NCBI GenBank assembly: GCA_025603075.1
Contig: MU626258.1
Location: forward strand, 73,457-137,456
DNA: 64,000 nt
Direction of reading: 5' to 3'
DNA from: Neoconidiobolus thromboides FSU 785
Taxonomy: Eukaryota > Fungi > Entomophthoromycota
This document shows, in pieces, positions 26,885-40,271 of the stretch. The translations under genes and the position numbers were made by a program. Under the pieces are notes generated by a model. It saw nothing but the letters and a program-made list of their open reading frames with translations, was not told the origin of the DNA and did not search any database. How positions within the stretch are numbered: the stretch's first letter is position 1; every line of letters begins with the position of its first letter.

Positions 26885-29195
26885 TTATAAAGCATGAGCT
26901 AAAAAAAATTAATAAAATTATAATATAAATTATTATTAATAACTTACAGCGTAAAGGACATATTAAAGAAGAAGCATCTTTAATAATAACCTTATGTTGA
27001 GTACGATTAAATGTATAGATTACAAGAAGTTTTTTAGGTTCACCAAAACATGGATCATAAAATCCAAGGAGATTGGACTAACAATATTAATTAATAATTT
27101 TATTATATATTTATAATTTACCTTTGAACTTCCAGAAGATATATTTAATTGAGATTCTAATACTAAATTTTGTAAAGCGAGGGTAACATCAATACAATTT
27201 TCATTAAGTTCAGGGGCAGCACTATCAAATTTACCATAATATGCTTGTTGAATGATTAAACCTAAAAAAATAAATAAATAATGATAAGAATTTATGATAG
27301 AAAGTATTTACCATTCTTTTCTTTTTCAGCTTCAATTCTTCTAGTTAGATTATCTTTAAATAAGATTTGAGTATCTATAGCTTCTCTCTTTTTAGCATCA
27401 AGATAATCATGATTTAATTCCCTTAATTCTTTTAATTTACTACAGAAAAATTAATTTAATAATTATTATAAATATCAATAAATTTTTTTACTTCTTTATC
27501 TTATTTTTACGCCATGGTGACAATACCAATTCATTAAATAAGACCCATGATGAAATTGGAACAATTGTAGTAATTAATAATGTATTTAAATTAATTCCAT
27601 TAGAAATAGCAATTGGTAATGAAAATGATTGACCTAATCGATTTACACTAAAATAAAATGAGATTAAAAAGTAATAAAAATAAAAGGACATACCCAAATT
27701 TGATTGAAATACCGGTTGGGTAACCAATATTTAGAGTAGCTTCTAAGCTAGTTTTTGGTAAAATTTTCTGTTGAATACCAAGTCCACTACTTACACCTGA
27801 ACCATTTGAAAGAGTTGAAGTAGCAATTAATTTATTTCTAGAATCTATTTTCTTTTTATAAAATAAAGAAATATGAGATTCTTGCATACCAACTTGAAAT
27901 TCAGCTTGATATTCTTGTTCTTGTTTTTGGGATGCAATACCAATACTTAATGAGGAATTGGGTTGTAATTTGCGATGCGCTCCCCATCTTCCTAAATTAT
28001 AATTCCCTGTATTGTAATTTATAAACCCAGTGACACTTTCAGATAATTGTCTTCCTACTGTAATTATACTACTTGGTGGTGCATTAAATCTGGCTATAGA
28101 TGTACGTGTATTTATAAAACTAAGCTCAAAGTTATATATTTATTAAAAATGATTCAGTTAATTTACCTATCAGGGGTAGGCTGATAATAAGACTTTAAAT
28201 TAATAACACGGGATTTTATCAGAGAGGTACCATACTAATAAACTTTAGTAAATAGTAAATATACATATATTATTGTATTACTTCTAACGTTAATTTTGGA
28301 GAAATCGCATGACGAATGTTAACACCAACGTTACCACCCCCTTTACCTTGTTGAGCTAAAACAGTGCCAACTAAAGTTAATTGCATTGTATCATTTATTT
28401 GGGAATGATAAGAATGTTTCATAAAAATTCTTTGTACACTTGATTTTCTCATACCATATTCGAAGGATCGAATGGATGGAGAATAATGAAAGAATGGGGA
28501 AGCATCTGCTTGTATATCAATACTAGTCTATTTTAATTAATAAGTAAATTAATTTGAAAATAAACAATTTTTTACTTTTGTTTTTACTAAATTTTCTAGA
28601 TCTTGTTCTCTCTTTTTTTGAGCCATTTTTTCATACTCTTTCCTAAGCTTATATTGTGTTAATTTTTATTTTTGGATAAGTTAATAAAAACTTTACTTGC
28701 TCTGGTGTTTTAAGTGAATGTCCAACTGTCCAAGGCATAGTTAATCCCTTTTCACCATAAGTGTCATAAATTGCTCTGGTATTGGGATCACTTAAGACTA
28801 AAAAATTAATATATTAAAATTAGAATTATAATAATGTTTACCCTCATATGCTTTTTGTAAATATTGAAATTGACTTTGAGCCAATTTTCTTTTTTCAGGA
28901 TCGGAATGCTTATCTGGATGAAATAAACGAGAAGATCTTTTATAAGCTTCTTTAATTTCATCTAAAGTACACTATTAAAATAAAAATAAGTTTACAATTT
29001 AAAACAATTTAAAAATATTACATTTTTATTTAAATTAAATAAAGCATAATAATCTTTATTATCAATTCTTGCTTCAGCCAAATATTTATCTAGTTCTTTT
29101 TCAAGCTCTTCTTCATCATCCAAATCATCATCATAATCTTTAGTTAATAAAAATTGAAGCTTTTCTTCGTCTTCTAACCCTTGGAAATCGGTCAT
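26885..29195 (-). CDS. DNAJC11: DnaJ subfamily C member 11 homologue (J domain plus DUF3395); many short exons
   Basis: Spliced J domain [36 protein letters not shown]; C-terminal IIQQAYYGKF, CIDVTLALQNLV and GFYDPCFGEPKKLLVIY. Confidence 0.9.
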
Positions 29196-31319
29196 ATTCT
29201 TTTCTATTTATAAGATAAAAGAATTTCACTTTTTTGAAAGATTTTTAGCAATTAACGTAATCGAAAAGTGGCAATTTATCAATTGATTATGTGAAGCTAA
29301 AATTTTAGAATTGAGTTAATCTCAAAAAAATCTTAATAGAATGTATTATTATTGTTGTTACAATATATTGAATACCATAAGATGTGATGTTTTTCAAAAT
29401 AAATACTTAAAACAATATCTATTCTAAAGAAATAAAGGGATAATTGACATATAGTGTAAAAAGCTAAAAGGACTCAATAATACGACTTAAAATGGAGGAG
29501 TGGGACCAAAGGAAATTTCATTAGAAACGTTTTCACTTTTTTCAACCAAATAAGGCACAAAATGGATGAAAATGATTATTGCCATAGAAAATCTCTCTTT
29601 CCCAGAATGCAGGCCTAGAAAAGCATAAGATTATGTTGGAAAACAAAGACATGTTTACAATATTGTCTGTTAATAAAGATAAAATTTCAAATTTAAATAT
29701 TTGGCTTGTGTTATTTTTATTCACAATAAGATTTTAATGAAATGAGTATAAGCCATATTGGTTGTTTAAAGCGAGCCAAACTTAATTTGATGTAACAATA
29801 TTAATACGAATAGCCTACTGTTTTGTAATTAGCACTAATAAATTTTTTAAACAAAAATTTAATATGATTTTCTTAATCCTTTATTTTATTTTACATTTTC
29901 AATATTTACTATTATAAGAAGATGATTATAATTATACAGGAATAAAGTCATTAAAAAAAGAGCTAGAATAGGTTCCAAAGATTAAGTAGTAGAAGTAAAT
30001 CGATCATTTAAGTCTACTTTGTTAATAGTATAAAATCATTGGGTTTGGGAGTTTTAGGTAGTTAAGTTTTAACTTGACTATCTGGTTAAGATAGAAACAA
30101 TACCATATATAGCTAAGATTTACAGCAGGATAGGATTTAGTACCATATATCTTCATATCTAGCAATCATAGTGGCCAAGTTAGACTTTTATATTTTTGAA
30201 TTTCTATTTCTTTATTAGCTTTTGGTCTTTTCATGAAATTATTATCTGTCCTTAACTAATTTTTGAATGAGTCGTCTCAAAATGTCATTTTATTTCTTTA
30301 TTGGGCAATTTTTTGATTTTTGATTTTTGATTTTACTTTTATTTTAATTTTGAGCCTAAATTTTTAATTACTTAAATTTAGGGTGGCTTCATTTTTATAT
30401 CTTTTGACCTTGTAGTTTTTTGTTTATTTTATTGGCTAATTTTATATCTTGATTGCTATGCTTTTATTGCTCACTTTGGTCCCTATTTTTTTATTGAATA
30501 AAATTAAAGGATTATTTAATTTTTATCAGTGCTTCATGCTTAACTCTAACTCTTTAAAATGGATACTTGATACTTAGTTTGATGTCAAAATATCGCACTA
30601 TAGCAAGCATACACCTTTACATTTTAAAATTACAAAAACTAATTAATATTTGTAAATACAAATAACATTTACTACTGTAACCAGTAAGTATCCTTACATT
30701 TTTACAACTAAATGTCTCATAGAATATAGGAAGCCACAGTATTAAAAAATCCTACTGAATTTCTTCACTTAACAGTAAACTTTTATCAAGACTATTTTAA
30801 ATTTGTATAGGTATAAGTTTAAATAGTTTACTTCAATTTGAACAAGATCTTCATTAAATTTGATTAGTTTTGATAAATAAATTTAAACATTATAATAAAA
30901 AGTTTAAATAAAGAATAAATAGTCTATACTACTAATTTAAATTTATACATTTTAGTTTGATTTCAATTCATAATAAGAAACTAATTTTTAAAATAAAAAG
31001 TAGTATTAAAAGGCTAATATATTATTCTTTAGTATCATTTTTTTATTAGAGATAATACTAATTTATTCAGCTTATTTATTGATATTTTCTTGATTATTGG
31101 ATGTTTTTATTAATTTTAATAATCTCTAAATATATTAACCTATTTCTATTAACTAGCATTAAAGTGATGAATGTAAAACAATATCAAATGTAATTCAGTC
31201 TAATTAAAAACTATGTGTTTTTTTATTCTATGAAATTAATAGCACAAAACTAATATTATTAAAAAAATAAACTTAACTTTAAAATTTATAAAATATTATC
31301 CAAAATTAATTAACTAAAC

Positions 31320-31426
31320 ATATGAAGGATGTATTTTTGTGTTTAAGAATTTTACTAACAAATTTTCCACTCAAATAGTGCTTAAAAAACGGAAAAGTAA
31401 TGAAATCAAAAAAAACAGCCCCATAT
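31320..31426 (-). mobile_element. MITE-like dispersed repeat, copy 3 (reverse)
   Basis: TA-TGAAGGATGTATTTTTG...AAAACAGCCCCA-TA; reverse complement of the core. Confidence 0.8.
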
Positions 31427-31567
31427 GTATAATCATTTGTATCAATCAAAAAAATTCAAGTTTCTATCATTACATTATCTGACATTATAACAGGTTTTTG
31501 TAGAAGGACATAAGATTGATTGTTGGTCCTTTTATTTGAAGGATTTTAATGTTGATTCTTTTATACA

Positions 31568-31668
31568 AATGGGGATGTTTTTTTTGACTTCATTACTTTT
31601 CCATCTTTCAAGCACTATTTGAGTAGAAAGATTAGTAGTAACTTAAACACAAATGTACATCCTCAAAT
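31568..31668 (+). mobile_element. MITE-like dispersed repeat, copy 4
   Basis: ATGGGGATGTTTTTTTTGACTTCATTACTTTTCCATC...GTACATCCTCAAATG. Confidence 0.8.
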
Positions 31669-31856
31669 GTTGAATTTTAAACTTTTTAAAAATGAGATTA
31701 TTTCATTTAAATTGAATTTTTTTCATATTAACTCAGACACTAAGCAAGTAAGGGAATTATGAGAACCAATTAAAGTTAATGATGATAGATTATTATAAAA
31801 ATTGACGTTATTTATCCATCTATTTTTATAATTATAAAGAAACAAATATACTCAAT

Positions 31857-33345
31857 ATGCCAATTAAAAGTATTAAGACATTAAGCGAATATCAACAAGT
31901 GATAGCTAATTCAAGTGATAAATTGGTAATAAAATTCTATTTTATTAATCATTTATTAGTATATTGGAACAAACGATTAACTTTTTATTTTTAATTAAAT
32001 AGCTTATCATGCAATTCACCGCTTCATGTAAGTATATATCTTGTTTTGATTACACTTTTAATAAGTACTGATGAAATATTAGGGTGCGGCCCATGTCGAG
32101 CTATTTCACCAAGGATTATTGAACTTTCTAATAAAAATTTACATATTGGGTTTTATAAGGTAAGTTAGAGAAAATTGATTAAAATTTCAATTTTAATTTT
32201 AATTTTAATTTTAATTTTAATTTTAATTTTAATTTTAATTTATACTTATATGATTTTATTTTTTAGATTGATTTAGATGAAGCTGGGGTAATTAGGAGTA
32301 TTGAATTTAAAATAGGATGTTTTATTAATAATATAAAATAATTTAGGAAATTGCTTCTCATGAAAATGTAACTTCTATGTAAGTTTTTATTTTAATAATA
32401 ATCTGCTTATTTTATTTTAAATACTAATATTTGATTTTAGCCCCACTCTCAAGGTTAAAATGATGATTGTTTAAGGATTAAATTAAGTTATTAAATATTT
32501 AAATAGATTTATAAAAATCAAGGTATGCTTGAAGAACTTTCAGGAGGTCAATGTTTACCTCGACTTGAAGAATTAGTACGTAGTCATCAATCAACAAATG
32601 ATGATGCAAGTAGTAAATTTGGATTAACTGGACAGGTAAAATGATCTTTTCAGTTTTTTATATTATAAATTAATTGTTTTTATTTTTCTATTATAATAAT
32701 TATTAATAATATCAATATAAAATAGTCTGATATCACTAGTTTAATTCAAAAGAATCAAATAGAATCTTTAAATTTAAGAAATGAAGATAATATTAGTAAT
32801 ATATTTGATAATCAAAACGATAAAGTAGTTCAAAGTGATGCAGATGAACAAATTTTAATTAATTTACAATTTTCCCAAGCAGTCAAAATTCATTCAATTA
32901 AATTCCAAGCACCTTTAAGTAAGTAACAATAATAGTAATTCTATTATTATTATTTTTAATAAATGAATTAGTATTTTTATTTTTATCTTTATTTTAGATA
33001 ATGCCCCAAAAAATATTAAATTATTTAGTAATAAATATTCACTTGGATTTGATGATGTAACTTCAATGGAGCCAACTCAAGAATTAATATTAGAGTCCAA
33101 AGATTATGAAGAAAATTCAGTAACTAATTTAAGATTTGTTAAATTTCAAAATGTTAATGCACTTTCGGTAAGTTTCAATTATTTTATTAATATATTTCTA
33201 TAAAAGAGTATTTTAATCATTTTTAATAATCTAGATTTTTATTGAAGACAATCTAAATGAAGATGAGATCACTTCTTTAAAGAATATAACTATTTTTGGT
33301 CAACCAGTTCATACTACTAATATGAATGATCTAAATCGTAAATAA
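31857..33345 (+). CDS. TXNL1: Thioredoxin-like protein 1 (thioredoxin plus PITH domain); about 10 short exons (absent from the ORF track)
   Basis: Spliced FTAS-WCGPCRAISP active site; PITH region QSDADEQILINLQFSQAVKIHSIKF, LRFVKFQNV and IFGQPV. Confidence 0.92.
32191..32238 (+). repeat. (TTTTAA)8 intronic microsatellite
   Basis: Read directly in a TXNL1 intron. Confidence 0.9.
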
Positions 33346-33382
33346 AAATAATCAAAATTTACAAAAGCAAGTTGAATTTATT

Positions 33383-36307
33383 TTATGTGTCTTCATCATA
33401 AATATACCATGAACTTAATAACCTTCTATTTTTTAAATTCACTGCTGGATAATTAAATCCATAAGTAAATGGAAAGAAGAAGAAGTAGAAAAATAACACT
33501 ACTATTAATATTAAAGTATGTATAATATACTTAATTTTAGCTTTAAATTTAGATAGTAATAAAGAAATAGTATAAGGTGTCAACATAATAGCGAACATTA
33601 AAGGTGGGAAATAATGGTGTAAATAAAGGACACGTCCAATTACAAAGAAAGGTATATAATGAATAAACCAACCTAAATATAATGTTTGTCCAATAAATTG
33701 AAATTGATTCCATTCACCTAATATATAATTTATATTAATTATATATTATCATTATTATTTATTACCTTTGGTCCATTCAATAATACCATATTTAAATCTA
33801 ATTGAATATATAATATATAATATTGGATAAATTATTACTGAAAATGTTGATAGCCACCAAATAGATATGTTACCAATCATAAAAAATTTAATATCTTCAT
33901 CTCCCCAAGAAGACATTCTAATACCTAAATAAAAATATTATTATTTATTATTATTTATTATTATTTATTATTATTTATTATTATTTATTATTATTTATTA
34001 TTATTTATTATTATTTATTATTATTTATTATTATTTATTATTATATTAAGTTACCTTTAAATAATAATGGCCAATCTTTAGCTCTAGATTCAATAGGTTC
34101 ATCATGATCTACACTTGGTTTAATAATACCATGAATAGACCACATAGCATGATGAATTCTATATAAATCATACCAATATCTTCTTTTAAAATAATCTTTA
34201 TTAACCTTTTTAATGTTTTTATTTTCATGCTGAGAATATTCAATATTAAAATAAGTATCAATATGCTCATAATTTTTATCTTTAAAACAAACTAATTCTT
34301 GATATTCTTTATTTCTTCCAGGTAATCTTTTATCTGGATTACCTAATTTACATGAATTTTCTAAATTAATTAATTGGAATCTTGTTGTTATTGCATTAAT
34401 TTTAGTTGGTTTATTATTTAATTGTCGATCATCTATTATTTTAATTTTCCATAAATAACTTTTGTCTTTATTGTTTAATTCTTTAACAATCATCTGATAG
34501 CCTTTATCTTTAGTTAAATTAGCATTAAAATTTTCATTCACTTTTAGGTATTTATTTGTTTGTTGATTATAGAATAATACAATATCATTATCTTCAATTA
34601 GGTCAACCTTGTTCTTATCTAAATTATAAATCTCATCCTTTTCATTAGTATAATCATAATCATTATTATATTTGTATATAGTCCAATAAGAATTGGGCTC
34701 ATATAAATAATTTCCTGAAGCTATTTGTTCATTACTATCTTTATATGTTTCATTAAAAGTATATATCATTCTTCCTTCTAATTTACTTGCTCTTAATGTA
34801 ATATTCGAATGATTCGATACATCTAGTAAAAGAATTAATAAAAAACAAAACTACTATGGAATGTATAATATATAATATATAATATATAATATATAATATA
34901 TAGTATATAATATTTATATTTTTATATTAAACTTACATAAATTGATATCTGTTAAATTAGAGTTAGGTAATCTAGCTAAAAATACAGAATCCATCACATA
35001 AACATCATCACTTGGATTAGTTAAGGTTTTAAAATGAATTTCAAACGATATTAAATATACGATAATTGGCCATATAATTAATGCCCCTATACGTACTATC
35101 CAATGATATAAATATTCTTTCTAAAATTAAATAAACGAATAAATAAATAAATATTATTAATATTATTATTAATATTATTATTGTTTACCATCGTCATCTT
35201 TTTATCAAAAAACTTAGATCCTAAATCGTTAATAGTATACTATAACATAAGAAGCAGTAATTAATATTCTATAAATAAAAAGTTAAAAAATTCATTTACG
35301 ATTCCAACTACACTCATTAAAAACAAAGGTACTCCCCATTTAATACTATATAAAAAATAATCAACAAACATATTTGAATATAAAACATGAATCCTTACCT
35401 ATTATTTAACCCTACTGAAGTCCCTAAAGCAAATAAAGAAATCCACCATTGCTGACTAAATGGTCTAAAATAAAATAAATAATTGATATCTTTAAATATA
35501 ATAATGATAACTTACTTATCTTTGTATTCATTAAACCAAGCCAAACAATAAATAGATAACAATGAAAAAAATAATAAGAAAGGATCCAATAGTATGAATT
35601 TAGATATAACAATTAAGCCATTGTCTAGAATATTAATAGATTAATTTTACTATCATAATTTAACTTAAATTCATTACTTACCAAACGTCAACAATAATCC
35701 AGTTATTAAAGCAGTTGTTTTCTCCACTCCAATTTTTCTCAAAAAGGCAAAACCCAATGGTACAATAGCTATCCCAAAAATTGCACAAAATACTCTAATA
35801 CCTGTATAATTCATTCCCTCTGTATAGTTTTCATCCGATTCAAAATCAAATGTACCATCATAGCCCACTAAATAACCGCCTAATGCAATTAATAATTTCG
35901 CCAATGGTGGATGAACATCATTATAAAAATGTTTTTGAAGGTAAAAGCTGCCAAACTTTCCAAAATGCACTTCATCCCAAATTGGTCTATTGCCATAACT
36001 TACGTTGTATAATCGGGTGAGAAAAGATAAAAGGGTTAAGAAAAATAAAAGTTTAGTATCCGAAATGAAATAAAGTGGATCTGAGTTCTAAAAATAATAA
36101 GAGATTTAAGTTAATAGATAAAGTAAGTGAAAGAGTCAAACCTACCTTAGTTGAGCTTGGTTTAAAATTAAAAACTTGTTCTTTTTCCTCGATTTCATAT
36201 TTTTGTTTAGAGTCATAAGTATCAATGGATTCATCTTCTTTGATAGGGGGTTTAAGTTCACTATTGCCACCCCGTTGATAAAGAATTTGATTGGGGTAAA
36301 TTTCCAT
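33383..36307 (-). CDS. PMT2: Dolichyl-phosphate-mannose-protein mannosyltransferase, PMT2-like; multi-exon
   Basis: [33 protein letters not shown], a MIR-like middle region, [10 protein letters not shown] and the HHYFPPLMF terminal region. Subfamily assignment is less certain than family. Confidence 0.85.
33941..34040 (+). repeat. (TTATTTATTA)10 perfect tandem repeat in a PMT intron
   Basis: Ten exact 10-mers; they enlarge the intron to about 130 nt versus the usual about 50 nt. Confidence 0.95.
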
Positions 36308-36674
36308 ATTAAATTACTTTTCTTTTTCTTTTTAATGAAATAAAAAAGATAAGAAAATCAAGGATTCAAAAATTATGCCTAGGGTGGCTTATTTCCGAGT
36401 TTTTCTAATTTGATATTTTTGATTTGAAGTTTAGATATAGATTGTATTGTTCTGTTCTTCAGAACCAAAATTTGAATTGAAATGCAATTTGATAATGATA
36501 ATGATTTTAGTTATAAACTTTGGTCAAAAAATTAAGAAATTAAACTATTGTTTTTTATTCAAAATGGCGGCAGTAGTATTATGCTAGGGTAGCTCAGTTA
36601 GGGGTAATATTAAGACTTATAGATTTTAAAACTTATACAGGTATTTATTTATTTGTTTTATTTACCAATTATAT

Positions 36675-36746
36675 GGCTTAGTGGTCTAGTGGTATGATTC
36701 TCGCTTTGGGTGCGAGAGGTCCAGGGTTCAATTCCCTGCTGAGCCC
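36675..36746 (+). tRNA. tRNA-Pro(TGG)
   Basis: GGCTTAGTGGTCTAGTGGTATGATTCTCGCTTTGGGTGCGAGAGGTCCAGGGTTCAATTCCCTGCTGAGCCC; anticodon stem CTCGC/GCGAG. Confidence 0.95.
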
Positions 36747-37064
36747 TCCATAATGGAATTAATATTTTATTGAAATAATATGAATTACTTTAGATTCAAT
36801 ATATTTAGTTTTTTATGCCATTTTGTATTATAATGATACTATAGTTACTTTTGTTTTTATTTAAAAGTCAGATAATTTTAAACTAATAACACGTAAGATG
36901 TAGTATCAAAATTATTCATTTTAATAATATCATTATTAACTATAAGTTTAACTAAAGATATAAAATAGAACTTTCATGATTAACGATAACAATAAATAAA
37001 AAGGCAATTTTATACAATAGAAAACTAAACAGAATACTTAAAGCTAAGAACTATATTTTTTTGC

Positions 37065-38670
37065 TCATTTATCCAACTGATATAATTCCATATAAACATT
37101 ATCAATAGCATTAAATACTATCTCAAACACAGAATAAAAAATGCTACAAAAAACTTTCACAACTACTTGAATTTCATACGATTGATATAGTCTAATTACA
37201 AATTCCCTACTTATCACTTTAACATAATGTCCAATAATAGTCAAGAAAACTACAAAAGGTGCTAATAAGAAAACAAAAAAGAGGATTGTATATGCAATAT
37301 AGTTATTGATTGATTTGGTCTTTTGATAAATGAGTTTTTTGCCTTGAGATTTATTGAAGCTAGTAACAGCTTTGATACCATTGGTATTGTTGCTATTACT
37401 ATCACTAGTAATATCGTGATTATTGTTATTACTAGAACTAATAACATTAGTATTACTACTATTATTATTAACACTACCATCGCCGAAGCATAAATTATTT
37501 AAACTAGCATTGATTTTATCAAAATCTGTTTTGGTGTTATTATTAGTATCTTCCAAAACAGTCGAATAAATAGATAAACTAGATGCTAATGTTCTATAAG
37601 TATTTTCTACCGATAAATATCTTGAATCTGTATTGTTATAAGCCTCCAATCGATTTTGATATAACCTAGATACATTTTCAAAATCATTAGGATTGATCCT
37701 ATGTATGTAAGGATCAGGACGAGTTTCATCAAATCCAATGGTATTAATAGTTTTATTATGGTTTGGATGATTGCTAGATATAGGTACACTAAACCTGGAT
37801 GAGTGGATACTATTTTGATTAATGGTGTTATTAAATGAAATGGTCTTGGTTGAGTTGATATTATTGTCATACAAGTTGATGGTATTTGTAGTATTTACAT
37901 TATAATATGAAATGGTACTAGTTGGGAGAGCGTTATTACTATATGTTCTAGTGTTAATTGAGCAAGTATTATTACCACGTAATTTAGTACTAGTTGAGTG
38001 ATTATTGTTTACATACAATTTAGTTTTTTCTATAGTATCATCACCAGATAGAACCATTGATGGAAAGAAAGACTCTTGACCTAGAAACAAGCTATTAAAA
38101 CAATTGATGTGTAAAATTCTATATTTACTTTTAAAACATTCTGCTTGTGCACTTAGATAATCAAGGCAACTATTATTTACTATTTCAAACCCTTTCGATT
38201 CCCAGTCTATAGTAATAATAAATATATTGAATTATTTTTGGCTGTATAGAAATTCAAAAGTAGTCCTTACTGTTGAAATAATCAGCGTTTTGATTGACTT
38301 CATAAGATTTACCATTAAATTTAAGCACATTGGGTATAGTTGATTTACTATCTCTAGTACCAGAAAAGTGAAAATTTGAGTTAATAGGTTTGATACTATT
38401 CTTTGATACATTAAGTTGGTGATTATAGCTTAAAAAGTTCTTCATTTGTGAGTTTGCAAAACTACTGTTTTGTGAATTAAAAGAAGCGTTGACCTCTTCT
38501 ATATTAAAATTCTAGAAAAATTAATATATCGAGTTATAAAGCTAATTTGATTTTACTTTATTATCAGTTATTTCATCTTCAGGCCTTTGATAAGTTGACT
38601 TTCCTTCATTATTACGTTTTTTTCCACAAGCTTCCACATCACTTAATCCAGTCAAAGATCTTTGAAACAT
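37065..38670 (-). CDS. Hypothetical Asn-rich protein with a C-terminal transmembrane segment (about 498 aa); exons 38670..38557, 38511..38271, 38206..37065
   Basis: Two GT-AG introns link track ORFs 38254..38445 and 37065..38090 in frame; hydrophobic stretch YIAYTILFFVFLLAPFVVFLTIIG. Confidence 0.65.
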
Positions 38671-40271
38671 TTTTGAGTTGGTATTCACTAAATCTATTAT
38701 AAATAATTAGAAGATACTAATATGCTAATTTATTTTTCACATTTTATTGATTTTAAACACTAAGATTTTTCTTTGTCTTAGTTCTCTCTAATAGCTGTTG
38801 GTTAATTATATATCATTTAAATTATTAGCTAATTCATCAAATTATAAAAACTTCAGGGATGAACTGCATTAGCGAAAAAGCTATCATAATGTTTTTTATA
38901 AATTTCATGTTGCTTAAAAATAAACAAGGTACTGAATTAAAGAAATTTAAATGTGTTTTTCTATGTCAGTAGAGATGACGAACAAAAGTCAGTCTATGTT
39001 GACCATTTCTAGACTTTTAAAGTATCAATAAATATTAGAAAAGTGATCGATACAGATTCACTTTTGTCTATCATTATACTTGAGTTGAATCTTTTCAAAT
39101 AATAAGATAATTAGCTGTCTAACTAACAGCGTTTTTAACTTTTTCATCTAAAAAATTAGAACAAATTATTAGACAAATTAGTTTACAAGATGTGTAAAAG
39201 CGTCTTTTTGATTCCATTTATTTTTCCTTTTTTAAACACTATTAGATGGAAAAATGTTGGTAAATTTTTTACCTAAAAGTAAATATACTTTTCTCGTTTG
39301 ATATGATAATCGATTCAATTAATTCAACATCAGCATTAAAATATACAGTGTTGAGGACATATTTATTTCAAGAAGCTGCATCATAATCTTAAAGTAAAAG
39401 TAGATTTCTTAAATAGAAAGGTAGAAGATTCTGTCAAAATGGTAAATGCTTTACACACTACATGACTTAAGTAAATTACAAAGCGATTGTTATTTTTTTC
39501 TTGAAATAGCTTTAGAACTTTGAGTGGTTTATAAATAAATAAATAAAAATAAATAAGAAGATGATTGAAAGATGCCATAACTTTAAGATTTCTCTCCTAC
39601 TATGATTCCTGGATAACCAGGTTCTAGAAAACTCAAAGTTATTTACGCACATTACTTTACATCCAATATACAAAAAACTAGGTATTAAATATTATTAACT
39701 TCAAATTAAAAAATTGGCAGAGTTTATTTAATAGATAATTTCATCAAACGATAATTTAATGAACTAGATAGTATACTATGATAAATAAAATAAAATGTTA
39801 ACCAAAGTAGTTTAATCTATAACATGTTTTCAAGTATCACGATTTTTTTTTAAATTTATTACATTTGATTTAAAGTTACGATAAACAGAAATTAAAATTC
39901 AACTATAAATTCTACGTAGAATTCTTACAAGAAAACTGTTTTTTTCCACTCAATTCTAATCCAATTTAGGAAACTTGAAATATGCTGTTATTAATAATAG
40001 TAAAATTTAAAAACTGCAATTATTATTATAAATTAATAATTACTGTTATAATAAAATAGCAAATAAACCCTTTATGATAAAATAAAGCTAAGCGATACTC
40101 ATGAAAATTATATTAAATATATTTAAATTTCCGACTTAAAAATGAGGTAAACTAAATAAAAAATTTATCAAAAAATGTATCAAAAAATGGGCAGTTGTAA
40201 AAAAATTAAACTTAATTACTCAACCTATATAAATAGAGGTTTGTTAACTCCAATAAAAATTAAATTTTATC

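Noticed and set aside
29950-30290. Coding-like minus-strand stretch with many stops
   Set aside because: No intact frame or recognisable domain; cannot distinguish a pseudogene from noise.
36561-36571. AAAATGGCGGC, the YY1-like motif
   Set aside because: Single occurrence with no evidence of a cognate factor.
38900-39700. Possible decayed transposon or gene, including ORF 39381..39578
   Set aside because: Stops in all frames; no RT, integrase or DDE motif identifiable by eye.
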